Assembly (NCBI GenBank): GCA_040954595.2
Contig: CM082589.2
Location: 1,094,009 to 1,158,008 of the forward strand
Direction of reading: 5' to 3'
Length of the DNA stretch: 64,000 nt
DNA from: Balanoglossus misakiensis
Lineage: Eukaryota; Animalia; Hemichordata
The notes beneath the pieces are model-generated. The model worked only from the letters and a program-made list of their open reading frames with translations, made no database searches and was not told where the DNA came from. Shown here one piece after another: positions 39,501-53,130 of the stretch. Positions within the stretch are counted from its first letter, which is position 1, and each line of letters opens with the position of its first letter. The position numbers were made by a program, and so were the translations under genes.

Positions 39501-42500
39501 TATAAGGTAAATATTAAATTATTTTCATAAATAATCTGTCATAATTGTGTGGTGACAAGCCAAATATAATGGTTGTTGCCACGTATACCAGATAGGTGAA
39601 CCTAAAACTGGTTGCTATGCAAAAATAATAAAATAAATATTGTACCATTAAGATCAGCTGGTAAATCATCTCATATTATTATAAAATTGTGTCTCCTAAG
39701 CATGAACTGATCACTTTTTTATTTTAATTTCAGAGTAAATATCGTTCATTATGTATGGGTCTAATGGCAACAGCTGTATGGGGTGTGTTGGTGCTTATCT
39801 GCAGATTGGCAGTAATGGGTCACTCGCCACCGGAATTTTCACCATCGGATAATCCGGCTGCCAACTCATCCAGTCTCATGACAAGATCATTGACGTATTA
39901 TTTCCTTCCCGCCTTCGACTTCTGGTTGCTTCTCAATCCATACGTGCTGAGTTTTGATTGGTCGATGGGAGCTATACCTCTGATTGAGGATCTGTCTGAC
40001 GTTAGAAATTTGGCAACTTTTGCGTTATATGCAAGTCTGCTGGTATTTGCGGTGCACTGTATCAGAGCACTTCAGAGGAAAAATCAAGACGGTGCTGATA
40101 AAAACAAAAACAATGGTTTTAATTCAAATGGTAGTGTTCACCATACATATCATAAACATCAAGAAAATGATTCTCAGGTTCATAATTTTGAAGTCTTAAT
40201 TGTAGCATTTGCAATCCTAATCATCCCTTTCATACCAGCGACAAATCTCTTCTTTTATGTTGGTTTTGTCGTTGCTGAGCGAGTATTATACATTCCAAGC
40301 ATGGGTTACTCATTATTAGTCGTCTATGGTGTCCATGTTCTACACAGCAATCTCAAAAAGTCTCAGCGAAAATATGTTAAGTTTGGTTTAGTGGTGGTGT
40401 TGATTCTGTTGAGCGTGCGGACAGTGATACGAAACCAAGATTGGCAAACTGAAGAAGCTCTCTATAGAAGTGGAATCAAGACTAATCCTGCAAAAGGTAC
40501 GTCTGCAGATTTGGTATCCATGTAAAGAATAAACTGAACCTTTCATTTGGGGAAAAATGTATGGTTCAAATCTACTTATGATTCTGTAGTGAATTAGTGT
40601 GACATGTTTTATATGATTCTAAAACCAAGTTACATTTTAAATTTCTATATTCCTGAATTTCAGCATGGGGAAATCTCGGGAACATATTAAAAGTACAAGA
40701 CAAGCTTGAAGAAGCTGAGATGGCGTACAGAAATGCGTTACAACACAGAAGTAACATGGCTGATGCACATTATAATCTGTAAGTGACAACATATCTTGGT
40801 ATGTCAGTATTATAAGAGGATAGAATTTTATGTGTCAACTGCATTGTTTTAACCCTTTGCCATGCTGACAAAATGCCCGTTAGACTAGCTCTTTGTTTAG
40901 AAACATTGATTTCTCTGAAATGAGGCGACACCTTTTTTTGTCCAGGATGCCTCAGTAAAGTGAATTGTGCCTCCGTCCCTCAAGGGAGTTAGAGGATGTT
41001 TACTTTGTATAAGTAAGGCCAAAGTTCTATTACACAGTGAATTGATCCTTGAGCACAGAATGTGGCATAGTATTAGCACAAAGTCTGTTATCCCCACAGC
41101 TCACGTGAAACATATCACCCAAATTATTTGGAGTTTTCAACTCATTCCTCGCAAAATTCTGACAAAATTCCCGTGGGTACTTTTTAAACATAACTAAGAT
41201 GACGATGAAAATTGCACAGAATTTAAATGAGGATATTACCTTACGGTGAATTAAGAATCTGATCAGCAAATGTAATTGTCTAGAAATTGCTGAAGGGTAT
41301 CTCAATATCTTGCTGGGAATGTCACACATGGGTCAGTGGACAATGAAATGGAAGTTTCAGTTCACATCAGTGCAAGCAACTATAATGTGTGTAGACCAGA
41401 CATGTTGGTGTTGTTACATGCATGCATGCTAGGCATTAGAACCAAATGTTGTTACAAAACTTGCCATAGTTTTCATCATACAAGAACTCCTAGGTATGCA
41501 GTGAAAAGAATTTGAGTTAAATGATTGGGACTGCAGTCAAATGAAACATCCCCCATGAGAAACATAAAATGTCTCCTGGCTGTTTGTCAGAAAAAGGTTT
41601 TTGTCAGAAGAGTAATTTATGTGTCGATCGAGTGGCTGTGTACTGTACCTAGTCTAGTTACGTGGCGCCAAACTTATCAAAGTGAATTGTTTTATCTTGA
41701 CAACTTTTGGGTTTGCAGAGGAATTTTGCTGCAAGAATCGGACAGAAGCCAAGAAGCAATAGAGAGCTACCAAAATGCAATTCGATATAGACCAAAACTT
41801 GCAAGTAAGTTTACTTTTCCAGCATACATAAAATACGACAGAAGTGTGACAGAATTACAAAACTAAGCACCTGTTATAGGTTTGTGTCCTCTCCACTGAA
41901 TACAGCCACACAGACACAACAAAGCCAAGCTAACATATAGTAAGGACACCATATGTGATCTATAAATTTCCATTCTCTTCAGTGGCCCATCTCAATCTTG
42001 GCATCACTCTGGCCAAAGTAGGAAAGACCGAAGAAGCAAAGACTGTCTACAGACACACAGCTACGTTAAACGATGAAGGCCTCAAAGATCCCAGAACTCA
42101 AAATAAAGCTATCATTTCTGCAATTTATAATTTAGGAAGATTACAACATGATGAGGGCAGATATGAGGTATGTACTGTAGTGAGCAGATATGATTAGAAC
42201 TGAAAATCATTTTAGATAGGAGTTATTTACTTGAAAATTTTGATGATTTCTATATGGATTATTTAACATAATACATTCAGGATTGTTATTAAATTTTACA
42301 TATTGAACTGGATCATTTAATTTTCTGTAGGAGGCACTTGAAACTTTGCAGGAAGCGTTGAGAAGACGACCAGATTACTACACTCCACAAAGTCTGTACA
42401 ACATGATAGGTGAGTGATCATTACAGTATGTACACAACCACCAAGCACAGCTTCTGTAAAACATCAGGTCACAACATAAAGCTGTACGCTTGTCATTTTG

Positions 42501-43934
42501 CCAGGTTGGACTTATCACTGTGGTTTCCTCTGTCAAGCAGATAATATTTCTTTTCAGGGTAATCCAATGCGGGTGGGAACTTGGGCAGTCAATTTGACCT
42601 TTTGAGACAAAACTATATGGGCACAGTTTTGCTGCATGGCAAGAGCCCATCACATACTATTCCCAAATTTTAATTTATGTATATATGTCTGATATTCATG
42701 TTTGCTGTTTGTTTTGCTAACTGCATGCAATGTGTATCGTAACAGGAGATTGCTTGTCCAAACTGGGTCAATATGCCGATGCAGAAACTTGGTTTAAGAA
42801 ATCGTTGTCTGTGAAGCCAGATCATGTACCAGCTTATCTAACCTATGCACACTTGCTAGATTTGACTGTAAGTAACAAGCATTTCACTACACTTTATGGT
42901 TTCTCACCAGCCAATGAGAACATAAGGATAGCCACCAATAAACACACATGATAAAAATAGCCAAGCTCAGCAGCCAACCAATCATTTCAGAGAATGAAAT
43001 TTAGCTGACCAATTAGCTAACAGAATAAAGATTGACAGCCAATCAATACAGGGCTAATATCTGAGCATATGATACACAGATTACATATAAATGACCAATC
43101 AGCACAAAGGTTTTATATAGCTGTGAACTATGACAGATGTGAACAACTTTGCCCCTTCGACTACTGAAATTGTGAAACACCCCTAATTTAGAAGTGTTTT
43201 GTATTTCGTTGTTTAGAGGAGAAGCCAAGAAGCTGAAGAGTTGTTGAACAAAGCCTTGGAATTGGAACCCGACAGCGCAAATGTCTATCAACATTATGGT
43301 GAGTCAGTTATGAATTAGTCACAACCAATAAATAATTCATTCTAAGCAGACAGAAGGGACCGATATAAGCATGCCCTAAATGGAAAGTGAAGTGATTCGT
43401 AACGTCATTTCATTCACTATATTCATCGACAGGTCAACACTATACAGAGTATAAACGATATCAGGATGCAGCTGCTATGTATCAGAAAGCAGTGGAATTG
43501 GACAGTAATGATTTTGAGATTCTATTCAATGCTGCCAACTCGCATCGCCAGGCCGGTCTCAATGATAAAGCGGAACTGTATTACTGGAAGGCTGTTGTCC
43601 TTAAACCTGAGGTAAGTCAGAGAATAACAGTTTTTCTAACTGGATGTACTCTTGAAATATCATTGTTTGGATTTTCAAAACATAACGGAGCATGGTAGCC
43701 TTGAAAAGTTATCAAAAGTAATACTACAGTTTGTACCTTCTTTTTCTGTCTCCCTAGGAACCCACTGCACATATGAATCTTGGGGCAATGCTACATGTCA
43801 ACGGAAAGCTACGAGAAGCTGAGTTGCATTACCTGAAAGCTCTGAAATACAAACCAGATGATGACATCACCCAGGGAAATCTGAGGAAAGTACGGACTTT
43901 GATCAAGAAGCAGTCCAAGAACAATAAGAAGTAA
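36581..43934 (+). CDS. TMTC2: Protein O-mannosyltransferase TMTC2 (transmembrane and TPR repeat protein, multi-exon)
   Basis: Exon 1 (36581-36666) encodes LLLYLNTLTADFAYDD. Exon 2 (from 38894) encodes [51 protein letters not shown] and MLWKEQ. Later exons encode SDNPAA, LSFDWSM, PATNLFFYVGFVVAERVLYIPSMG and a series of TPR repeats. The stop TAA is at 43932-43934. Confidence 0.95.
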
Positions 43935-43936
43935 AA

Positions 43937-44043
43937 CCATGCGTTGCTACGTAACTGTATGGCAGACATCTTGGATCAAAATGGCCGCCATGCGTTGCTA
44001 AGTAACTGCATGGCAGCCATCTTGGATCAAAATGGCCGCCATG
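43937..44043 (+). repeat. 51-bp tandem duplication immediately after the TMTC2 stop codon
   Basis: CCATGCGTTGCTA(C/A)GTAACTG(T/C)ATGGCAG(A/C)CATCTTGGATCAAAATGGCCG occurs twice with 3 mismatches. Confidence 0.9.
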
Positions 44044-46575
44044 GATGGTTTGATGTACTTTACAAATAGAAATGGTACTAAGTTTTAATCGGATAGACTT
44101 TAAATTGTATGATTGTCATGTGATATTTGAATCTGCAATGCCTACACACTTTTAGGGAAATACAACATATCCACCCACTAAAATAACCCACCGATTGGTA
44201 TTGTGGAGTGAGCTGTCATGTTTTTAAACGTTTAGTTGAAAAACTTAATGTGAGTAGTAAAGAAAATCGATCCCACCGACTGATTTTCAAACATAGCATT
44301 AAAATATACTGTTACTGATTTTGTTGTTGTTGTTAGTATACTGATACATGTAACTGCCTGTATGGTCTTTTTTCCTGAAATATGATTGACCATGTGTTTA
44401 ATTGCAGGCAGAACTTTTAGTTTTAAAATAGCGTTGCTCGGTTTATCACTAGCCTATCTAGTCTCGTCTTAGTTTTAAGATCTTGTCATGTTCATTCCGG
44501 ACTATTTTATTCAGTTTCAGTTCTAGTCTGGTATTGTATAGAATATTGCAATTGCAGTCAGCTGCTCAAAGTACTACAACAATTCTACAGGGAATTACAT
44601 TTGATTTCAGTGGATTAATCTTTATACACGATTGTAAATATTGAATGATGAAAGTTTGATCTATATTTTAATTGAAATAATTATTCTAATAAAGATATTT
44701 TGAAAATTATTAGTTGTTTGTTGGCACTGTTCTTATTTTCTCTCTCCTGTCATGATTATAACTCAACCCAATTTCAAATAACTGCAGTCACTTTCCACTG
44801 ACAATCTTGCGGGATACAAGTTATGTACACGTACATTGTATTGAATGTTTTTCACCAAATGACACCTCTTTCAATCACTATGCGGAGACATTTTGTTATG
44901 GCTATACCAGGGGCAGCATTGGGATGTTGGGGACATTTACTCACCCTTTCTTGAACTTGAACTTTCCTGCATGAAGGATTTCCGCCAGTTTTGTAGCTCA
45001 GGATCATCAATCAGAAGATATTGCCAACATGGCAGCCAGAGATCAGCGCCCTCTAAGGTCCAACTGTGCTACTTCATAGATGATCTCCGAGAAAGCAAAA
45101 CATTCAGTGTTAGTTAGAACCCACTGTTCAAGAAACAAAAATCATGCTATTTAACAGGTAAAAACTAAACATATGTACAATGTAGATTATATATAACATA
45201 CATTTAACATAATCCTAATTCATTTTTCTATTTTATACCAAACAGAAAATACAAAAAATATTTACAGTAAAACATACAAATTTCCATGTAAAGATTTTAT
45301 TTTTTTCAGAAAAGTTACATTCAATCAACATATTTAGATTTTATTGTTTTGAGAGATTTTTCTCAGTATATCATCACACCAAGCTAATTTTACTTACAAA
45401 ATATGATAAAAACGAAAAACAAAAATTTATACAGGGTGTGAATGAATGAAATATTCTACAAAATAGAATGAGTAAAATACAAATGGTTTCATAGAATTAT
45501 TTACTGTTTTGTGAAATACTTGTACCCTGCAAGCATTCCAATCAATACTATGTACAATAATTCTTTTATTTATGAAATTACTAATAATTTTACATATTTT
45601 GCATCCCGTATCTAGGCACTCTTAGGAACACACAGCCTCATTTCGACATTGTCACATTCTAATCACAATCATTGGAAACAAAAAAGGCGACATTCATGAC
45701 CTATGGCACACTGAAAATATTTTACACATTGCAACATTTCTATGAAAATAGACATTTCACATAGATGGTATGTCCTGAGTGCTATATCTATACAATTCAT
45801 TGACAAATTGGTATTTCACACACAAATTTACTGAGGCTGCAATGGTATGTACAAAATACACTTGCTACAACAAGAAAGGTTGGGATTGTGAAAAAAAATC
45901 AAGTTGTTAATTTAGCATAGTGTTGCATCCGGTTGCATCTTTGGACCATTTTTTTACTGGAATATTATAAATAACTGGCTGTGAATAGTGAACATAGAGA
46001 CGAAAAAAAACCTCACACTACAATACTGATCAGTGTTTACAAACTTACAAGCGTTGACAAATTTTCAGATAATCTGGAAGAATCTTGACAATGAATATAT
46101 AATTGATTAAATAGCTATAACTTTGTAGAATTCTAAACGAGAGATTGATAGATTAGAATAAGCCTTACGGGCACACATTTAGTTGTTATAGCATTTTGTA
46201 AAAACAGCTGTTTCCCAGTTTCCCCACAGCACACTTGGTAACACAATAATTCATTAATATGCATAAATAGTTATTAACTATGTGTATCTACAGTCTTGAA
46301 CACACAAATCTTAGTTACATATACAAGAGATGATTATTTATAAATAACACTGTGGAAATTATTGCTTTGAATGACCAAGACAACGACAGGGGGATCGGGC
46401 TGGACGAGGAAGTCTGGAATTAATATCTAGTATGTTTATGAACAGTTAAACTGTTTAAAATCCCACAAAGATTTTTATAAGAAGTCAAAGATGAGTCAGT
46501 AAATATTTATTACAATATGATTAAAATTGGACTTAGATATGTACTCAGTATTTTACCACTTACACTCCTTTTTAT

Positions 46576-46623
46576 AATACGCTTTACATAAGTCTAGCGC
46601 TAGACTTATGAAAAGAGTGTATT
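46576..46623. repeat. Short palindrome/hairpin with a perfect 24-bp core (CATAAGTCTAGCGCTAGACTTATG)
   Basis: 46587-46610 is its own reverse complement, and the imperfect arms extend ~11-13 bp further on each side. Confidence 0.85.
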
Positions 46624-47280
46624 GAATAGCCAAAACTGTGTGAAACCCAAAGCTGTAGACCCCAAACAAACTTAACACAAAATACCATTTTTAAAGTCAA
46701 CAGTATAGTCTGTTGTACACTGTAATCTCTCTATAGCAATAAATGGCAGTGTACTCAAATCTATAGCAAATATAAAAAAAAGTAAAATTTCCTAAATGTA
46801 CACATCATTAGGTCTCACAGAAAAAGTTTTTCCTTATTTGTAAAAGGCATCTTTCTTCTCAACTTAGAAAAAAAGAACATATTTAGGTCAAACTGCTGAA
46901 GTTGAAAACCCTTAAGTATCTATATCCTCCCTACAACGAAAATTTAAAAAATTGCATAAGCATCAAGTATACTACTGGAGAATAAACTTAGAAAACTCTT
47001 GAGTCTAGATTGCAAGGGTTCAACAGATATACAACATGCACATTATTCAGGGATCTAATTAAAATATATCCCACCTTACAATAATAAGGTTGGATTGTTC
47101 ATTTGATGAAGACATGTAATATTTCAGCATTTTTAGAAATATTTGATGTTTTGTTCATTTACAATGAAAGCACAGAATCATCTGGACGGATCAAGAAATT
47201 AAGTAGAATTATTACAAGACCTGACTGGTGTATCTGAGATGGCAAAGAGAAAATTGATATCTACCAAGAAATCATCGACA

Positions 47281-50200
47281 TCACCATCGTTTGATATTGG
47301 CCAGTCCAGTTGCAGTAATTGTACCATGTGCTTGAGAGTAACTGCCAAATACAGATCGAGCCCCTCCGCTGCTGTCTGTGGTGGTCTTTCCGTAATATTG
47401 CCGTTTTCCGTAACTTCCGGCTGATTTGTTTCTCGGTTCACCATATCCGCTGTATGACCTCGGTCTGGATTCCTTGGCTGATGATGACCTTTGCACCTAG
47501 GGGAAGAAAATTGCAAGAGAAATTCACACAAAAGTACATGCCAATGACAGCCAATCACATGAAGACAACTTGATCAACCAGAAACACTGTGATTGGCTGG
47601 GCAAATCATTTGATCACATGACCATTAAGCAACACATTGATTGGTACATACCAGTCTGGAGTTGCCAACTTGGTAAGAACTGGTCATAGGTGTACTATTT
47701 AGTTGGTTTCTTGATTCACGTACGCCACTGCCAGAATATGACCGTGTTCTTTGATGTGAACCTGAACCTGGCCGTCTTGGATTAGATGTATAGACGTCTT
47801 GTCCGTAACCTTGGCTTTGACCCTGTAAACAATGTCGTGTAATGCAAAAATCAATTTCAGACCACTTACTGATTTCAGGGTTCAAGTCAGTCAAACTCCA
47901 GAACATCCCAGAACAGTTATGGCAATATATAGAGGTGGCCACTAACACAGGTTTGACTGTACTAAGAATATTTAAGAACACAGACACAGGTGACTTACAC
48001 GTGATGAGGAATGTATATTCTCGTAACTTCGTTGCCTTTCTAGATAACTCGTTCCTGAGCTGTGATTAATATTTTCATAGCTGCGTTGTCGAGTCAGGTG
48101 ACTTGGACTGTAACCACTATCGAAATTTCTCTGCCGATCTAAATAACTTGAAGCATGGACGTTTTCCAGACTGTTGGAGCGTTGCCGGGTGGATGGTCGA
48201 CCGGAAGCTGCCGGATGTACACTCCTGTGAGGGTTACTGTGTTGATGTGACTTTGTCGCTGTTCGTCCGTACTCTCGGCTGTAGTCTCGATTTCCAGCAC
48301 CTGATGGGGGCGTAACGTTACAAGCACTGGTTAGAATGGAATTTGGAAGGTATTGTTAGAAACTGACAACTTCGTGAACCAAAGCACTGTCTCTGGTTTT
48401 ATAGTCTAAACAAAGGAGAGTATGACAAGATCTTTGTCTAATAGAATACATGAATTAGTAACTGGCATACAGAGATGAAATACACAGTACATGGTATGAT
48501 TTTCACCGATTCTCCATAATATTACCACTATGTAGCTAACCCATCATATATGATTCCTTAGCTTTGCTCTTGTTCAAAACAATCACCTCCCCTATAGCGC
48601 AATATTTCAACACAAGCATAATGAGCACCCCATATTTTTTTGCAAAACATTCCCACAATATTCCCTAGGCTTTGCAATGTTCCCACACCGTTTGCACACA
48701 TTCCCATATGACTCTTTGCAAGTATTTTGTAAGAAAACAACATATTACAAGAAAATTATGGAATAAGAATACTTGCTGGAAGATGGTGGTGGTTTGGGCT
48801 TATTAACACCATAAGACGGATGTTTATCATACACAAACACATTTGGAACTACAAAGACAACAGAAAGAAACAGTTAACATGCAATTAACACAGATTATTA
48901 AAAACACAAACATATAAATTAGAAAATAGATTACAACAATCTCAGTTAATTTCTTAATTGTATAAGTTTTCAGTTAGCATGATGGAAGCACGAATGCATA
49001 AAAGTTCTCTTTTAACTTTGTCATAATTCATTCAATTGTATAAATTGATTTAAGTAGATTTGATGTATTATGTGCAATAACCTGAATGGTGACGTTACAA
49101 GCATTCACATGTATAACTAACTAACATGGCCTGTCATGACAATAAATAACTTCAACTCAACTCTTGATGGATATGGAAAAATATTTTCATATTTCAAAAT
49201 AAAAGAAATTTGGATCTATGTTAGGTAGGTTTGAAAAATTCTACTGTTGCATTATTTTGTTAGTAAATGTAACAATACAAATGATCAAGTCACAGTTGTA
49301 CAGTCATGTTGTTGATTTTGTATCAGTAAAATAATTTACGTTATTTTGTAAAATGAAACATTCTAGATGAAGGATACCTGAATTTGTTCTGTACATATTG
49401 TCACCCGCGCTATTATAACTACGTATTGGTGGCTTGTGAGTTGTTTGAAGGGGACTGGATTTGGTTGCAGAGGTACCATTAGGAAGATAGCCGTGATAAG
49501 TACTGCCTTGCCCTGATGCTACAGACCAATGCAAAAAGAATAAACAAAAACATACACGAAATGGTAAAAATAAAAATACACAAGACAAAACATTACATAG
49601 GAGGATTAAAACACAATTGATCAGTTTCTGAGTTGAAGGAACAGTTAGAGACTTTTGACATTTTCTGGATTTCCTATGAGAATTAAAGAAATACAACCAC
49701 AGACCACAAATTTTCACAGATACATATACTTTTTGTTGCTGTAAAGTGCTATCACCAATTCCCCACCTACCTTGGTAATGTTGTGCAGACTTGGTCTGTG
49801 GTCTGTAATGATAACTCGCTGGATATGTACTATTCAACGTTTCGTTGACAGAGGAGTCGGACGATGATGGTCTCTGAGGCGGTCGGGGCTGATAATGATG
49901 TTGTGAGGGAGATGATGGTGGAGGTCGGGGTGGTGTCGTTGGAGGTCTGGATGGTGATGCACTTGTCCGACTTTGTTTTTGTTTGTATCGATGTTGTTCT
50001 AGGGTTTCCACTCTCTGCTTTCGGATTTTCGCTTTTTGTTCTTTTATCATCTGAAATACAAACAACGGTCAACGAGGGCTGATAATATTACACTGACTTG
50101 TGAAATCAAATTTGTACATTTTTATTGAAGGATGCAAATGACTCCATTACTTGATCTTGGATAACTCACCTCATAGAGTTTATTCCTGTACTCATCGACT

Positions 50201-52759
50201 GAGAGTTGGATATCATCTGCCAATGGGGGAATGACATCATAGTCTAATGCTGGCTCGTCTTTAGGATTATGAAACCTAGAAACAAATAATGCCAAATGGA
50301 TAGATAATTAAACACACATCAATGATATCTTTCAACACTAATTACTGACAACACCAGAAACAAAATTATTGTACACTAATTTGACATGCTGGGTAATGAG
50401 TCGTGCCTGAAATTTTGCATCCAAACAACACCTACCTAGCAACATACGGATGTTGCAAAGCTTCTTCTGCTGTCAGTCGTTTGTCAGGGTTGAAATGTAG
50501 CAACTTTCTGAGCAGATCTACAGAGTCTGGTGGTGCTTTGTTGGCTAGGAGTTCTTCAAACTCTTTCCTGTGTCTGGAAATACATCAATGTAACATAAGT
50601 ATATGTAGCACACAGACGAGAGCAATAAATATGAAAAGATACATAACAGAGAGAAGTCATATGATATACAAGTGATATCTCAGTGTTTCTCACTTACTTG
50701 ACAATATTCCTATCTAACAATGATGCCCCATATTCAGACTGTATAGCTATAATATCTTCCCTTGTAGGCAACTCTATCGTACTCAAAATCCTTTCCAATT
50801 GATTGAGAGTAGAGGACCCTGGGAATAATGGTTTCCCCATCAGCATTTCTCCCAGAATGCATCCTACACTCCACATGTCCACACCTTTTGTATACCTGAA
50901 AAGTGACAACATAATTATCCATGAACTAATTTGACAATTTATCATCACGTCACGTGGGCAGTGTCATTTTATACGGACAAAAAAAACAATACCAATTTTC
51001 ATGGCGAGAGAATGGAATGTTCAAAAGTGCCTCGGTATATGAGTACATGTATGTTGTACGGCTGTCATCTTCAGAACATCAAATAGACCTGCTTCAGGAC
51101 TCTGTCTCTTGGCAGTTCAAGCAAAATCGTTCATACCTTTTTGACGCCAGAAGAATCTCCGGTGCTCTATACCACCTCGTGGCAACATATTCTGTTAATG
51201 CTGGATTGGTACTTTCTTCTTGTTCAAGTTGAGTTAATGATCTTGCAAGACCGAAGTCTGCCACTTTCACAAAACATTCACTATCTAGCAGAATATTGGA
51301 CGGCTGAAATAAAAATAACAACACTGTGGTTTATGCCTATTCTTTATCATGGCACGGTCAGACCATTATATGGTAAAGTGGGGGTGAAAGGGTAATCCCT
51401 GCTTACCTTATGATCTCTATGGATGACATTGCCTGAGTGGAGATATTTAGTTGCTTTAAGTAACTGGTACATGATATATCTTTTATGTACATCTTTCAGT
51501 ATATTGCCTTTCTTGATAACTGCATGTAGGTCAGTGTCTGTTGGGGGAAAAACGGAAGCTTATAATATTCAAAGAAGTGCTTTTAAAAGGTTTTCTTCTT
51601 ATCACCAATAGAAACTTTAAAACTATGTTGGTGCATAGACATAGTCTTAAAGACTAACTCATACTTTGTGTATAAGAGTGAGACTTACCCATAAATTCAA
51701 AGATTAAGTAAATATCCTTATCATTATCAGCCTTTAAGACATTGTGAAGTTTGACAATGTTGGGATGGTCACCAAATTCCTGTCAAAACAAGAATTAATA
51801 ACAAGTGAATCATCATATTAAGGAGGGTACTTACGAACCAATTCTCACAACAAGTTAACAGCAACCACAGTAAACACTGATTACTTACCTGTAAAAACAT
51901 AATCTCTCTGAATGTCCTCTATGAAAGCAAAACAAAGAAATAAATTGTGAGTATAGACAACAGACAATGATGGGCCAGGATCAGTGGTCACAATTTATGT
52001 CAGTCTTGAGTGAGTAGTAGTGTACTAGTACTATGGCGTGTTAAAATATAAAACGTCAAAGATCCAAAATAAAAATAATAATACAGCAATTTGTTTACCT
52101 GTGCATCTGTTTGATTTCTGAATGCATCAAAAATTTTCTTGACTGCAACCACTTCTTTCGTTTTCCTGTCAATTGCTTTCCATACAATCCCATAAGCCTA
52201 GACAAAACACAAAAATACTGCATCAAGTCTTTGGGACACATTTGTTTGTTTCAAAGTAGAGATATACCCATACCCATCTACACTATATAAAACTATCATA
52301 TACCAAGGTGAGTAATCGGTCGTAATAAGTGGCTGACACATTAAGTCTATTTGTGGTCCAGAGTTCATCATTCCGACATTATTTTCGTTCTAATGTAAAT
52401 CACACAGGTGGCAAATGTTATTGATTTTAACTGTTGGCGTGGACACCAGTCTTTGGTTATTTCAGGCACGAGCTGGGTGAATTTATCGTGTCGAGTATAA
52501 ACTTCACGTACAGTAAGCCGGGATGACTCTGATCGTCACCACAACAATGACGAAATACTGTGAATCTCAAGCAACACAAACTCCTGGCCAGCAAATACAC
52601 TGTGTGTCAGTGTCATCGTTACATAGTGTAGTTTACAAGTAATTTGTGTATGTTTCAAAGAAACTGACAGCACGATGAACATTTCCTACTTACCCCTTTC
52701 CCAAGCCTTTTCCTGACTTCATATTTCCGCGTTATATGCTCTTCAATTTCTGAACTCAT
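47281..52759 (-). CDS. MAPK15: Mitogen-activated protein kinase 15 (ERK7/ERK8), multi-exon, with a long low-complexity C-terminal tail
   Basis: ATG at 52759 begins [22 protein letters not shown]|[22 protein letters not shown]|[10 protein letters not shown]|[21 protein letters not shown]|DTDLH, followed by HRDHK|[48 protein letters not shown] and [13 protein letters not shown]. The last exon ends at the TGA at 47281. Tail exon boundaries are less certain. Confidence 0.94.
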
Positions 52760-53116
52760 GATGCATTTTCAGGTATATTTTGCAAACTTCGAATGTTATC
52801 ATGAACTAGGTATTTGCCATGTCTAATCACGTCCGCGTCACAGCTGTGTGGATCCCGTCGCCTAAAAAATAAGTCCCCGGAAGACTATTAAGGAAAGAAG
52901 TAAATTGCACCAAAGGTGAAGCAAAGTTCGTCACAAGATACTTAAACTAATTTGGCAAAATTTCACCATCAAATGATGAACTTCTGTCAAAAATGTAATG
53001 CAGGCGAGATTGCGCTCATTGATTTAAAGGAAATGCCGAAAGTATTGCGGCTCTGACCCAGGTAAACCGCCATCTTTAAAAGATCACCCCACGAGGGCGC
53101 TTCTTCGACGCATTCG

Positions 53117-53130
53117 GTTGTCTTGGTAAC
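53117..53130. promoter_or_regulatory. RFX X-box in the divergent MAPK15/STPG1 intergenic region
   Basis: GTTGTCTTGGTAAC fits the X-box consensus GTNRYC-N0-3-RGYAAC and lies between two cilia-associated genes. Confidence 0.55.

Noticed and set aside
40849-40875. TTAACCCTTTGCC, resembling a piggyBac-like MITE end in a TMTC2 intron
   Set aside because: I found no matching inverted terminus nearby.
27451-43934. POFUT1 and TMTC2 as a functional ER O-glycosylation gene cluster
   Set aside because: They are separated by RIOK1, and adjacency alone is not evidence of co-regulation.
44940-45060. Exon-like minus-strand segment ending in a gtgagt donor (...IDDPELQNWRKSFMQE...)
   Set aside because: It has no recognisable homology, start codon or partner exons, so it cannot be supported without transcripts.
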